DNA of 64,000 bases from a virus (Duplodnaviria; Heunggongvirae; Uroviricota; Caudoviricetes): IMG/VR virus record IMGVR_UViG_3300016667_000484, positions 131,339 through 195,338 of that record; one strand, 5' to 3'. Under the pieces are notes generated by a model, which had not been told where the DNA came from, did not search any database, and saw nothing but the letters and a program-made list of their open reading frames with translations. Made by a program: the position numbers and the translations under genes. Below are positions 47,077 through 55,873 of the stretch, in pieces; the stretch's first letter is position 1; each line of letters begins with the position of its first letter.

Positions 47077-47612
47077 GCCGGCACCTCACGCTTTGTCCAA
47101 GCCATCTTGAAGCGTTCCTGCTTAGTCTGGTAGAACTCACGGTACGAACGAACAGGATCATTCGGATGCATACACTCGGGGTTCGACTTCATTGCAAGAG
47201 GCTGTTGAGTGAGAGGACCCACCTCGATGTTGCGAGGAAGCTGCTTCAACTTCTCTCGAAGAAGAGTGTCAGTCGCATGGACTTTGCCATAACGATAGGT
47301 GTACTCGTCACAGAGAGCAGCGAAGTGAATCCAGTGCCAAGTGTAGTTGTTGTTCGACTTCATGGTCCACACGGTGCAAGGATGATTCATGTGGACAGCT
47401 TTGTACAGCACGTCTTCGCGGTCGTCGGGTAGAACCCAAGCTTTGACTTGAGTCTTACCGGACTTTGATGCGACACGAGTTTGTCGACCATCGAGCATAC
47501 GATGTACAGTCGAGAGCATTTGAGCTGACTCGACGATCATTTTCACTACATGTGCATTACACTGTAGTTGTGCTGCTTCAACCGGGTCTTTCGAAAGTAC
47601 GAAGATATTCAT
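47058..47612 (-). CDS. Pyrimidine-dimer DNA glycosylase-like (DenV/Pyr_excise) protein
   Basis: MNIFVLSKDP..AAQ..C..HVVKMIVESAQMLST...HMNHPCTVW...LCDEYTYRYGKVH. Confidence 0.8.
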   Translation of the reverse strand: MNIFVLSKDPVEAAQLQCNAHVVKMIVESAQMLSTVHRMLDGRQTRVASKSGKTQVKAWVLPDDREDVLYKAVHMNHPCTVWTMKSNNNYTWHWIHFAALCDEYTYRYGKVHATDTLLREKLKQLPRNIEVGPLTQQPLAMKSNPECMHPNDPVRSYREFYQTKQERFKMAWTKREVPAWFTVK

Positions 47613-48258
47613 CAAGTTCATCCCAAAGTTTAGGGTCATTGACCCCGTGTTCTTCATCTATGAAGACTATATCATATCCTTGTTCGATTGTACATACCAT
47701 TTTTGATATGTTTAGATCTAAGTTCTGCTTCCATGTCCAGTCGCTCTTGACTTCAACAATCAGATCGAGTTCAACAATGTAGAAGTCTGGATAGTAATGT
47801 CTAGAAGTTCCTTCATGGGTATATTCTATTCTAGAAGGAACCTCTAAAGTATATCCGCATTGTTCTGCAAAATCAACGAAAAGTTTTTCATATGCAGACC
47901 TACACACAAATCCTTTGTATCGTTCTGCTACAGAATGCTTTGTTAGATAACCATTTGAAACACCATACCGTTCGACCATCGTATCGCGACGTTTATCTAT
48001 TAGACCTTGTGGTTGAGTTCGTCCAGTCCAATAAGAAGTTGGTGCAATGTGATTAGATCTACATTTTGGTGAGCAATATTCACGGTATCCTTCGCCGAGA
48101 TTACGAAACTTTTTAGTGGTGCCGCATCTACAGATTGAGTCTACTTCTTTTATGTATAGATCGTAGTACTCTTTCTTTGAAATATTATGATTTCTAATGT
48201 GTTTAGCTAGTCCATTCACATTGTTGAATTCTTTTTTACAAATGCTACAAATAGTCAT
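47578..48258 (-). mobile_element. Putative homing endonuclease: Zn-finger N-terminus plus PD-(D/E)XK nuclease
   Basis: CSIC...HIRNH, CRCG...YCSPKC, TMVERYGV, YYPDFYIVELDLIVEVKS; AT-rich with its own late promoter. Confidence 0.75.
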
Positions 48259-48276
48259 GTCGATCTCCTTCATGAC

Positions 48277-48284
48277 TATTTATA
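48277..48284 (-). promoter_or_regulatory. Late promoter TATAAATA
   Basis: Exact consensus; a second CATAAATA lies at 48293-48300. Confidence 0.75.
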
Positions 48285-48314
48285 AGATTATGTATTTATG
48301 ATGTGCTTATCACC

Positions 48315-48509
48315 TCACTTGTTCGCGCGGTAGTAGGCGATCAGTTGCTTGTCGACTTCGGTGAGCTTCGACAGGTCCGACTTGTCTTTCAACCGAGTCA
48401 GACGATCCGACAGCGAAGCGAGAGCGTTGCTGATCGTGTCGTTCTTGTGGGTAGCGGCCATTGCCGACATGCCGTGCGAGAGTTCGAAGATCATACGTTC
48501 GAAAGTCAT
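48315..48509 (-). CDS. Hypothetical protein
   Basis: 64-aa ORF with GAGG SD. Confidence 0.6.
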   Translation of the reverse strand: MTFERMIFELSHGMSAMAATHKNDTISNALASLSDRLTRLKDKSDLSKLTEVDKQLIAYYRANK

Positions 48510-48517
48510 TCTATACC

Positions 48518-48751
48518 TCAGTCGTTGTAGACGATCAGATCAATGCAGCCGAGTTGCTGCCTGTAGCGAACATAAACCACATCACCTTCACTGTCAACCT
48601 TTTTTGTGTAGCCCACGAAAGGTTGTTTGTTGCCCATGTTGGTGGGCACGATCTTGGGGAAACCCTTACGGAACTCTTCGACATCAGAGGCGAAGCAGCT
48701 GAAGACGTGGATCTCAGTTTCCTTGATGAAGGGGTGGTTGTAGGCAATCAT
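48518..48751 (-). CDS. Hypothetical protein
   Basis: 77-aa ORF coupled to the upstream stop (TGATG). Confidence 0.6.
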   Translation of the reverse strand: MIAYNHPFIKETEIHVFSCFASDVEEFRKGFPKIVPTNMGNKQPFVGYTKKVDSEGDVVYVRYRQQLGCIDLIVYND

Positions 48752-48906
48752 CAGAGGTCCGCCATCGTCATGATACGATCGAGGCGAAGCTCGAGGTTCT
48801 TGACCTTGGTCTCAGCGACGTCGATCTCGAAGTGAGTGACTGCTTTCGACAGTTCATCTTTGGCTTTGATCAGCAGGTCGGTCAGGATGGTGACGATGTC
48901 GGACAT
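48751..48906 (-). CDS. Small hypothetical early protein (51 aa)
   Basis: Hand translation MSDIVTILTDLLIKAKDELSKAVTHFEIDVAETKVKNLELRLDRIMTMADL; AAGGA SD; follows an early promoter. Confidence 0.6.
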   Translation of the reverse strand: MSDIVTILTDLLIKAKDELSKAVTHFEIDVAETKVKNLELRLDRIMTMADL

Positions 48907-48919
48907 GTTCTGTTCCTTT

Positions 48920-48961
48920 GCTTTACTAGTTAGATATAAGCAACCGAAACGGAAATGTCAA
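48920..48961 (-). promoter_or_regulatory. Early promoter, conserved class
   Basis: TTGACA...TTGCTTATATCTAACTAGTAAAGC. Confidence 0.75.
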
Positions 48962-49005
48962 CCGGCTATGTGCACTTTTCTGAAGTATTTTTCTGCACTT
49001 TTACC

Positions 49006-49033
49006 TTGACACCTTCTACAGACCTGGTATAAT
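49006..49033 (+). promoter_or_regulatory. Consensus sigma70 promoter pointing antisense
   Basis: TTGACA-N16-TATAAT with a TG extension; no credible plus-strand gene downstream. Confidence 0.55.
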
Positions 49034-49052
49034 CCCTTTAAGGGCAATAAAT

Positions 49053-49721
49053 TTAGATTCCATATATTTGTTTGTATTTGTTCCTAAGATCAAGAAACTG
49101 TGGTAACCACTTGAGTGGTTGTTCAATAAAGATCTGAGGTTGATCATCGTCAACCATCACCAGTGTAACAATTTGTCGAATAGGAATACCAGTCAGCTCA
49201 AAGAAAGCAGCTGCATAGAAGGATTCCTGCATAAAATAGCCAGTGATCCACTCAGCCTTCTTTGGCTTACGAGAAGTCTTGAAGTCGATGATAGATAGTT
49301 GCCCATCAAACTCAGCGATCAAGTCGACTCGGCCTGCGGTCTTGATCTTTCTCGAGAACAACGGAGCTTCCTGGAAGTAGATGTTGTCGACTCGAGCATC
49401 GAGCACCGGCTTCAGTGTGTTGAAAGTCATGACGTTGATCGGCATACGACCTTTGCCGTAGTCGGCTTCGTTGTTCAGATAGTTCTCAGCGATGAGGTGG
49501 ACATCAGATCCACGATTCGCGGCTTGAACGCTGATCCGTTTTGCTTCCTCTTCCCCAACGCGTTTCTTCCATGCCTCGAGGCCAGACTTATCCTGGACCC
49601 CGAGCACAGTCGTCACTGAAGGAAACTTCTCGCCCGTGGATGGAAAGTAAAAACGCCCGGTTGGAGTAGTATCACAACCGAGCGGCTCAAGTACGATTCC
49701 ATGATTCACATGGTTAAACAT
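49053..49721 (-). CDS. PD-(D/E)XK exonuclease
   Basis: PSVTTVLG..W..RVG...RGSDVH...AGRVDLIAEFDGQLSIIDFKTS...YFMQ. Confidence 0.88.
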   Translation of the reverse strand: MFNHVNHGIVLEPLGCDTTPTGRFYFPSTGEKFPSVTTVLGVQDKSGLEAWKKRVGEEEAKRISVQAANRGSDVHLIAENYLNNEADYGKGRMPINVMTFNTLKPVLDARVDNIYFQEAPLFSRKIKTAGRVDLIAEFDGQLSIIDFKTSRKPKKAEWITGYFMQESFYAAAFFELTGIPIRQIVTLVMVDDDQPQIFIEQPLKWLPQFLDLRNKYKQIYGI

Positions 49722-50406
49722 TAGACTGACTCTTTCGATATTTCTGTACAAGGAACTCAAGCGTGTCGGGAATGTGCTTGAAGAATCGAAGACTCTCTTT
49801 GCCGTTCATGGCATAAGCTTCTTCTCGAGTGACTGCTCGCCATTCGTCGAATGACTTGGTCTGGCAGTCAATACTTATATGCTCGTCCATGATGGTGACA
49901 TCGTAGGTGAAACCAGTAAGCACGATAGGCTTCTGAGTCGTCTTGCGAGTGATGTTGGCATATCCATCAATCACTAAGTCACCGTACACCCATGCATCAT
50001 CGTGGACTTTCGAGTGGCCAAGAACCTGGGCTTTACCAAACACCTGGGCATTACCATACACAGTCGACAAGCCACCAATGCGCGCTTCATCATATACCAC
50101 GGCACGCTGGAATATCTCAGCTTGGCCAGACACAATCGCCTTGTCGCTTACAGTCGCGTAATCATACACATGGGCTTGGTCTTTGATCTTTGCATCGCGG
50201 TTGACTCGGCCTTTGCCATAGACGATCGCGCTGTCATAAACCCAACAGTTACCTTCATGCGAGAGGTTCTCTTCACTCTCGACAAATCCACCTATGTCGC
50301 CTTCGGCAACATCACCGAAGTCTCTTAGAGCTTCTATCATATAAACCGTTTTCTCACCGATCCGAAGATTGATGTCACGGTTTAGCTTATATTTCTGCTG
50401 CATCAT
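49714..50406 (-). CDS. Left-handed beta-helix (hexapeptide repeat) protein
   Basis: IEALRDFGDV..GDIGGFVESEENLSHEGNCWVYD followed by A.VYG/D hexapeptide repeats. Confidence 0.85.
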   Translation of the reverse strand: MMQQKYKLNRDINLRIGEKTVYMIEALRDFGDVAEGDIGGFVESEENLSHEGNCWVYDSAIVYGKGRVNRDAKIKDQAHVYDYATVSDKAIVSGQAEIFQRAVVYDEARIGGLSTVYGNAQVFGKAQVLGHSKVHDDAWVYGDLVIDGYANITRKTTQKPIVLTGFTYDVTIMDEHISIDCQTKSFDEWRAVTREEAYAMNGKESLRFFKHIPDTLEFLVQKYRKSQSNV

Positions 50407-50881
50407 CTACCTTAATTTCATTGAACGTCAATTCAAACGTTGGAAGCTTCACTTTACTCATGTCTGGCAGGTCCTTTGAATACGACACTGAGACGTGCGG
50501 TTTGTACTCTGGCCACTGATCTTCCATGCCATACACCTCTGCGTAATGCTTACGAAGACGTAACACCATAGGTGACTCGATCTTGAGTACTGGTATGTCA
50601 TTATTAACCCCAAGCATCATAATGTCAACTACTTTTGCACTCGCGCTTGGAGCAATCACCTTCACATGGTTAGGGATCTGATGCTCCGTCGTCGTGAAGA
50701 AGATCGTCGTGTGAAAGTCAAAATCTTTCGCGTCTTGCTTCGTACCATCGTACTTAGTCGTTAGGTCGAACCCATTGTCCTGAGCCCAAGCTCTTAGCTT
50801 GCGCTGTGTTGCTTCATCGTATTGAACTGCTACGTACTTCTTGGTTGGTGCTTTTTCCATAAAGTCCTTGAATCCTAACAT
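50387..50881 (-). CDS. 2H phosphoesterase, Acb1/T4 gp57B-like (anti-CBASS candidate)
   Basis: FKDF...YVAV, HTTIFFT and YKPHVSVSY (two HxT/S motifs) line up with my recollection of T4 Acb1 (FKDF..YVAA, HSTICYS, YTPHITLSY). Confidence 0.75.
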   Translation of the reverse strand: MLGFKDFMEKAPTKKYVAVQYDEATQRKLRAWAQDNGFDLTTKYDGTKQDAKDFDFHTTIFFTTTEHQIPNHVKVIAPSASAKVVDIMMLGVNNDIPVLKIESPMVLRLRKHYAEVYGMEDQWPEYKPHVSVSYSKDLPDMSKVKLPTFELTFNEIKVDDAAEI

Positions 50882-50884
50882 AAA

Positions 50885-51184
50885 TCATCCTATGAATACT
50901 GTTGATGCTCCGCTTGTGATAGTTCCAGCATCACAAACATCGCCTTTCATCGCCGCCTTAGCTCCTCCAATGAAAACTGTAGAAGAAGCTCCAGTTATGT
51001 ACCCGATGTGATCCACGCAATTGTCTCCGGATTCAATGGTGTGCACAATGGTCTTGTCACCTTGACATGCTACAAGCTGGCCTTGAACGAAAACTTTAGT
51101 CTGAGTCGGTGTATCGAGTTTTGTAGTACCGGTACACCCATGCCCGGTACTTACGGTATCATCTTTACGAGCTATTTCGGCCAT
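50885..51184 (-). CDS. PAAR-family spike tip protein (gp5.4-like)
   Basis: IARKDD...GHGC...VFVQG...GD...H...GASSTVFIGGAKAAMKGD..C...GASTVFIG. Confidence 0.85.
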   Translation of the reverse strand: MAEIARKDDTVSTGHGCTGTTKLDTPTQTKVFVQGQLVACQGDKTIVHTIESGDNCVDHIGYITGASSTVFIGGAKAAMKGDVCDAGTITSGASTVFIG

Positions 51185-51347
51185 CGTCTTTCTTCCTTAT
51201 GACTGCCATGTTTCCCATGATTTCCCATTCCAGAAGTGTTTGATCGTCCCAACCCATTTGTTTCATGAGAGCGGCGTTGAACTCTATGTAGGGTTCACCA
51301 TTCTCATCTTCTTTGACTGTTGATACACCGACTATCTCTGCCATCAT
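51165..51347 (-). CDS. Small AbrB-like hypothetical protein
   Basis: VKEDENGEPYIEF...LMKQMGW...LEW. Confidence 0.55.
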   Translation of the reverse strand: MMAEIVGVSTVKEDENGEPYIEFNAALMKQMGWDDQTLLEWEIMGNMAVIRKKDDGRNSS

Positions 51348-52096
51348 AGACCCAATCTATCTCTCTCGATGATGTATGATTTCACGAGCTTCGATCGGAC
51401 GATGTCTTCTACCTGGAAGTCGATGAATTCGAACTCTTTCATTCTGTGAAGAATCTTCATGAAGTCACGAAGTCCTGAGAGTTCTTTCTTTCGTTCTGAG
51501 GTGAGGTCGTCTTGCTTGACGTCACCACAGAAGATGATTCTGCAGTTCTCACCGACACGAGTCATGACCGTATGGAGTTCACCATCACCCATGTTTTGGA
51601 CTTCATCGACAAGTAGGATGCAGTCGTCGAAGGTCTCACCGCGCAGATAAGACGTAGTAATGAACTCAACGTATCCTTTTCCTTTGAGAATCTCGTACGC
51701 ATCTCCACGACCAAACAACTTCGTGCAGATGGGGACGTATGGTGACTCGAAGACCTTCGCTTTGTCCTTTAGAGAACCCGGAAGGAATCCCTGGTCGCGA
51801 GTAGAAACAGTTGAACGAACGATGTAGACTTTCTTGTACTGAGAGTTTGGCTTAATGACTTCCTTCAGCGCGAAATACAGGCCTAGAAAGGTCTTACCAG
51901 TTCCAGCGATACCATGGAGCATTAGGTTGTATCCTTCATCCCAGAAGTCAAACGCAACTCTTTGGTTGTCTGTCATTGGGCTAACGTCGCCTTTCATATT
52001 GAACTGCTGACGTTGATCGTTTGAAGTAAAATCATCTCCCTGTTGACGCTGCATACGTTTCTGTTTCTTTGTCACTCTTGGTTGGTGCAGGGGCAT
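51344..52096 (-). CDS. phoH: PhoH-family ATPase
   Basis: GIAGTGKT, GFLPG, SYLRGETFDD..LLVDEVQN, TRVGE...FCGD..Q, DIVRS. Confidence 0.93.
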   Translation of the reverse strand: MPLHQPRVTKKQKRMQRQQGDDFTSNDQRQQFNMKGDVSPMTDNQRVAFDFWDEGYNLMLHGIAGTGKTFLGLYFALKEVIKPNSQYKKVYIVRSTVSTRDQGFLPGSLKDKAKVFESPYVPICTKLFGRGDAYEILKGKGYVEFITTSYLRGETFDDCILLVDEVQNMGDGELHTVMTRVGENCRIIFCGDVKQDDLTSERKKELSGLRDFMKILHRMKEFEFIDFQVEDIVRSKLVKSYIIERDRLGL

Positions 52097-52110
52097 TAGA
52101 AGTCCTTGTA

Positions 52111-52347
52111 TTATAACGTGTTGATTGTAGAATGCAAGTGCGCAGACTTGGTTTTTTGCAGGACGTCGTTAAAACCACGGTCAATCTTACGCACACCGAT
52201 TCTCGCCGAATCAGCAAAGGCCGGCGTTGCTAAACACTGTTTGATGTGAGGGTTATTTTTCAAAAACTCTTCGCGTTCACTGATCGTCATGACCGTGGTG
52301 AACTCTTCTTCAGTTTCTTGATTGCGAAAAGTATAGGTTGGCATCAT
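52111..52347 (-). CDS. FmdB-like small regulatory protein
   Basis: MPTYTFRN..T.EEF...M.ISEREEFLKNNPH...GFNDVLQK. Confidence 0.7.
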   Translation of the reverse strand: MMPTYTFRNQETEEEFTTVMTISEREEFLKNNPHIKQCLATPAFADSARIGVRKIDRGFNDVLQKTKSAHLHSTINTL

Positions 52348-52357
52348 GTTCTCCAAT

Positions 52358-52383
52358 AAAAAAGGGACCCATGATAGGGTCCC
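52358..52383 (-). terminator. Rho-independent terminator
   Basis: GGGACCC-tatcat-GGGTCCC-TTTTTT on the minus strand. Confidence 0.75.
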
Positions 52384-52414
52384 CTGTTCACTACCACAAA
52401 GCTATTTATGGTGC

Positions 52415-52996
52415 TTACGTGATCAACTCATAGATGTGCCGCCAATTTTGCACGCGGCTGATGTCAGGATGATGCTTACCTTTGTTGTGCCCATGTTCCA
52501 GCAAGAATGGACTCAGGCCCGCATTCAAACCAGCGAGAGCGTTCTCATACTTGTCTTCAACCCAGATGCAACCGCTGTCTTTGTACTCCGAGAGCGCTTC
52601 ATCTTTGTCGGCACCAGTGTCAAGACAGATGATCTTCTCAAAAGCGGTCTCACCAAAGAGCCGACGAATGTTCTTCCGACGAAGGTCACCTGCGTAAGGA
52701 TCTGTACTCAACGACGTGATACAGTGGAAGACGTACCCATGCTCTTCATGGAGTTTCTTCACGTACTTGATGGCATCACGGAAAGGCGGAAGATACTCAA
52801 TTCGAGCACTCTCGTTGAAGTGCCGGGCAAGAGCCTTGGCCTTTTCTTTCGGGATGTCGAAGGTCTTCTCGATCTGATACTCATCGTTCATGACGATCGG
52901 GTATCCATGGAACTTCATCCATTGTGCGAAGGCATGGAACCAGTCTAGCAGAACACCGTCTGCGTCGACAAGGATTAGTTTTTCTGACAGTTTCAT
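52415..52996 (-). CDS. HAD-family 5'(3')-deoxyribonucleotidase-like protein (T4 30.2-like)
   Basis: ILVDADGVLLDW, CITSL, WVEDK..NA..G, RVQNW. Confidence 0.85.
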   Translation of the reverse strand: MKLSEKLILVDADGVLLDWFHAFAQWMKFHGYPIVMNDEYQIEKTFDIPKEKAKALARHFNESARIEYLPPFRDAIKYVKKLHEEHGYVFHCITSLSTDPYAGDLRRKNIRRLFGETAFEKIICLDTGADKDEALSEYKDSGCIWVEDKYENALAGLNAGLSPFLLEHGHNKGKHHPDISRVQNWRHIYELIT

Positions 52997-53054
52997 TCTA
53001 TACTTTCTCTGCTTACATTACCAATATAATCACTAGTCAGAGGATGTCAATAGC

Positions 53055-53225
53055 TCATTGATCTCGCGGCTCAAAAAATTTTTCTTTTTGGCTCGACTTC
53101 TGGTAACGCTGCTGCTTTACGGCTTCTTTCTTTGCGTTATACCGCTTACCATCTTTACGAGCGTCGTCAACAGACCCCCACTCGTCTTCGTACCAGTCAC
53201 TGAACTTCTTCTGCTTCTTAGCCAT
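53055..53225 (-). CDS. Small basic hypothetical protein
   Basis: MAKKQKKFSDWYEDEW...; overlaps the upstream stop. Confidence 0.5.
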   Translation of the reverse strand: MAKKQKKFSDWYEDEWGSVDDARKDGKRYNAKKEAVKQQRYQKSSQKEKFFEPRDQ

Positions 53226-53709
53226 TTTTTGGTTTTCTGCCACGCTTCTTTGGTTGTGCCGGTGCTTCGGCTGGTTGAGGTTGATCCAAAGGGAGTTGTA
53301 GTCCCAATGCTTCGTTGATCACGTCTGCAGGTAGGCCCGCAGGAGGTGTTTGCATCAATACCTTTTCCATGAGTTTAGCGTCATCTTTGTCGATAGACTC
53401 GAGCATCTCGATGAACAGAAACTCACGACGATATTGCTGAAGGCGGTCACCATCAAATCCCTTGATGAAGTATCGTAGCTTACGAACTTGACGATACATC
53501 ATACCTTGAGATTCTACATGCGGCGATGGTGTATATGGTGGAGGGGTTTCATTTGGAATGTTCCACTCGTAGCGCTTATCATACATCAACATCAGGATAG
53601 TACGAAGAGCGTCACTCTTGTTTCGGCGGATCCATTCGATCTTTTCTTCTCGTGTTGGCAGTTCACATGCTTTAGCAACGATCTCTGATAACGAATACGT
53701 TGTACTCAA
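53218..53709 (-). CDS. Conserved T4-like hypothetical protein
   Basis: W.IP...PPY.P...LRYFIKG...RREFLFIEMLESI...DAKL; follows rnh. Confidence 0.7.
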   Translation of the reverse strand: MSTTYSLSEIVAKACELPTREEKIEWIRRNKSDALRTILMLMYDKRYEWNIPNETPPPYTPSPHVESQGMMYRQVRKLRYFIKGFDGDRLQQYRREFLFIEMLESIDKDDAKLMEKVLMQTPPAGLPADVINEALGLQLPLDQPQPAEAPAQPKKRGRKPKNG

Positions 53710-53720
53710 TATGGTTCTCC

Positions 53721-54575
53721 TCAGAACTCACCGAGGCTTTCGGTGAGCAATTTCAAGCGATTTTTGATGAAAAAGTTGAGAAGTTGAGAGCGGTCTTTAG
53801 TGTTCTCCGCGGCATACGCTTCGAGAACTTGTGTCTTGATGTGTTCGGGAACTTCAGACAAGTCGATCAAGGACTTATTCCGCAGATAGTTGCGCTTAAC
53901 TTCTGAACTCATCTTATTTATATCGATCCATTCTTCCAGACGCTTTTTAGTAACAGGCTTCTGGCGAATGTTCATCACAAACGAGTTATCAGGAGAGAGG
54001 ATGTTGGGAACACCGTCGCCAGCGTCACCTTTGACGATGTGTTCGAACAAGTATTGCTCGGGGTTCGAGTGAGTGATCCACTTCTTCATCACAGGGTTGT
54101 ACTGCTTGACGTTGGCGTACTTGTGAAGTTGGATGTAGTCTTTATCACCAGAGAGGATCAAGAACTTCTCACCAGTGTTAAGCTCACGACCTTCGTGGTG
54201 AACGATCGTGCCGATGATGTCGTCGGCTTCAGCACCATCGATCTGAATGACTTTGTACGGGAACACGTCCTTGAGTTCTTGACGGATCTTGTTCAAAGCG
54301 GTAAAGATCGCGGTCCAGTCGAGTTCAGACTCTTCGCGGTTCTTACGACGAGCCGCTTTGTAGTAAGGGAAAGCCTGCCGCCGCCAGTAGTTTTTGTCGT
54401 CAGCACAGATGATGAGTTCACCAAACTCATCTTTGAACTTCATGCGATTGAAGCGGATCGAGTTGAGTACCATGTGACGAATCATGTTTTCGTCAACTTC
54501 AGCGTTGTGATGATTGCCAATCTGCATCATGAGATTTGCGATCATCACTTGGTTAAGATCGACCAGAACGGCCAT
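53721..54575 (-). CDS. rnh: T4-type RNase H (5'-3' exonuclease)
   Basis: LVDLNQVMI, YWRR..FPYYKA.R, AEADDIIG, ILSGDKDYIQL, KGDAGDGVPN. Confidence 0.95.
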   Translation of the reverse strand: MAVLVDLNQVMIANLMMQIGNHHNAEVDENMIRHMVLNSIRFNRMKFKDEFGELIICADDKNYWRRQAFPYYKAARRKNREESELDWTAIFTALNKIRQELKDVFPYKVIQIDGAEADDIIGTIVHHEGRELNTGEKFLILSGDKDYIQLHKYANVKQYNPVMKKWITHSNPEQYLFEHIVKGDAGDGVPNILSPDNSFVMNIRQKPVTKKRLEEWIDINKMSSEVKRNYLRNKSLIDLSEVPEHIKTQVLEAYAAENTKDRSQLLNFFIKNRLKLLTESLGEF

Positions 54576-54639
54576 GTTAGAACTCCTGTCAATTTGGGTA
54601 TGATAGAATTATATATCAGAGTTCGAGAGGTGTCAACCG

Positions 54640-55842
54640 TTACTTGAACACCTTAAGGATGACGATCTCTTCATTCAAGCGACCATTCGCTGCAGCAGCT
54701 TTCGTCTTGATGTCGAGGAACACCTTATTGACTCGTGCCTTAGTGGTCTTGCCGATCTCGGTCAAGACGTCTTCTGGTTTACGAAGAGTCTTCTTCAGAC
54801 AAGCTTCTTCACGCAAGTTCGTGATGGTAGTTCCCTTGATCGAGAATCCATCGACCGAAGCCGCTACGAGTTGCACCAGATGCCGATACTTAGTGTTGAA
54901 GAGATATACCTCAGTGGCGCCGATGATGTTTGCGGGATCAACCGACGTCAGCTTGTACTCAGCACTTTCCTTTTGATACTTGACTCGAGCGACAAGCTTC
55001 TCAACCGGAACTTTCTTCTTTGCCCGAGGCTGTCGAGGAGCACGCACCTTTGCTGCGGTAGCTGCGTTCATGAACTTCTGACAATCGTCGACGATGTTCT
55101 TGATGAAAGCCAAGTAGTCTTTCTTGTCTTTCGCGGTTTTCAGGTGGCGGTATCCTTCGACAAGGTCCGGCGTTTTCTTCGTCACGAGTTCTTCGATCTC
55201 TTCATACAGAGGCTTGTAGTAATCGTACACCTTCTGGGCCAGAGGCTTTGGGGCGTTGATCTTCTTGAGCTCATTGTAGACCGAGTAGTTTTCAGCATCA
55301 AAGACGACAGTGTCGTCGTGATACTCATCGAGTACACCTTCAACTTCAGCGATGAAGTCATGGATCTTTTCAGCAAGGATGTCTGCGGAAGTTTTTGCTG
55401 GCTTTGCAGACACCAACGCTTCGGCTTGACGATTGGTCTTACCTGCTTCAATCACCTCAGGGATACCGTTATGAATCCTCTTCATGTACTTTTCTTCAAG
55501 CGGAGCACCGGCCATGTGTATCTTGCACAAGCCGCCAAGGGTCGTGTTCACTCTCCAATCATCGGCGTGCTTATAGTTCGCAAGATCTGCTGCGGTCATA
55601 TTTTTCTTAACCCAAGCTTCACCCCACTTGAAGGCTTCCTTGTGATCATAGAAGTAACCATAGTTACGAAGGCACTGGTAGACCGCGCGGTCCATATCTT
55701 CTGGTTTAACCAACGCCCAGTTTGTGATCTCGGCACCGACGTGTTTTTCTTCGAGAATTTTCGCGGCACCTGACTTACGTTGAGGCACTGGCTTCAGTTC
55801 AGGTTTTTTCTTCTTCGCAGTAATTTTCTTGAGTGAGGCCAT
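54640..55842 (-). CDS. Conserved hypothetical protein
   Basis: 400 aa ending FSIKGTT...KTLRKP...NGRLNEEIVILKV; AAGGAG SD and a TTGACA promoter upstream. Confidence 0.7.
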   Translation of the reverse strand: MASLKKITAKKKKPELKPVPQRKSGAAKILEEKHVGAEITNWALVKPEDMDRAVYQCLRNYGYFYDHKEAFKWGEAWVKKNMTAADLANYKHADDWRVNTTLGGLCKIHMAGAPLEEKYMKRIHNGIPEVIEAGKTNRQAEALVSAKPAKTSADILAEKIHDFIAEVEGVLDEYHDDTVVFDAENYSVYNELKKINAPKPLAQKVYDYYKPLYEEIEELVTKKTPDLVEGYRHLKTAKDKKDYLAFIKNIVDDCQKFMNAATAAKVRAPRQPRAKKKVPVEKLVARVKYQKESAEYKLTSVDPANIIGATEVYLFNTKYRHLVQLVAASVDGFSIKGTTITNLREEACLKKTLRKPEDVLTEIGKTTKARVNKVFLDIKTKAAAANGRLNEEIVILKVFK

Positions 55843-55873
55843 GACATATCTCCTTTGTGGTCACTATACACCA

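Noticed and set aside
49053-49721. Cas4 call for the exonuclease
   Set aside because: It lacks the four-Cys Fe-S motif and any CRISPR context; it fits the common T4-like PD-(D/E)XK exonuclease.
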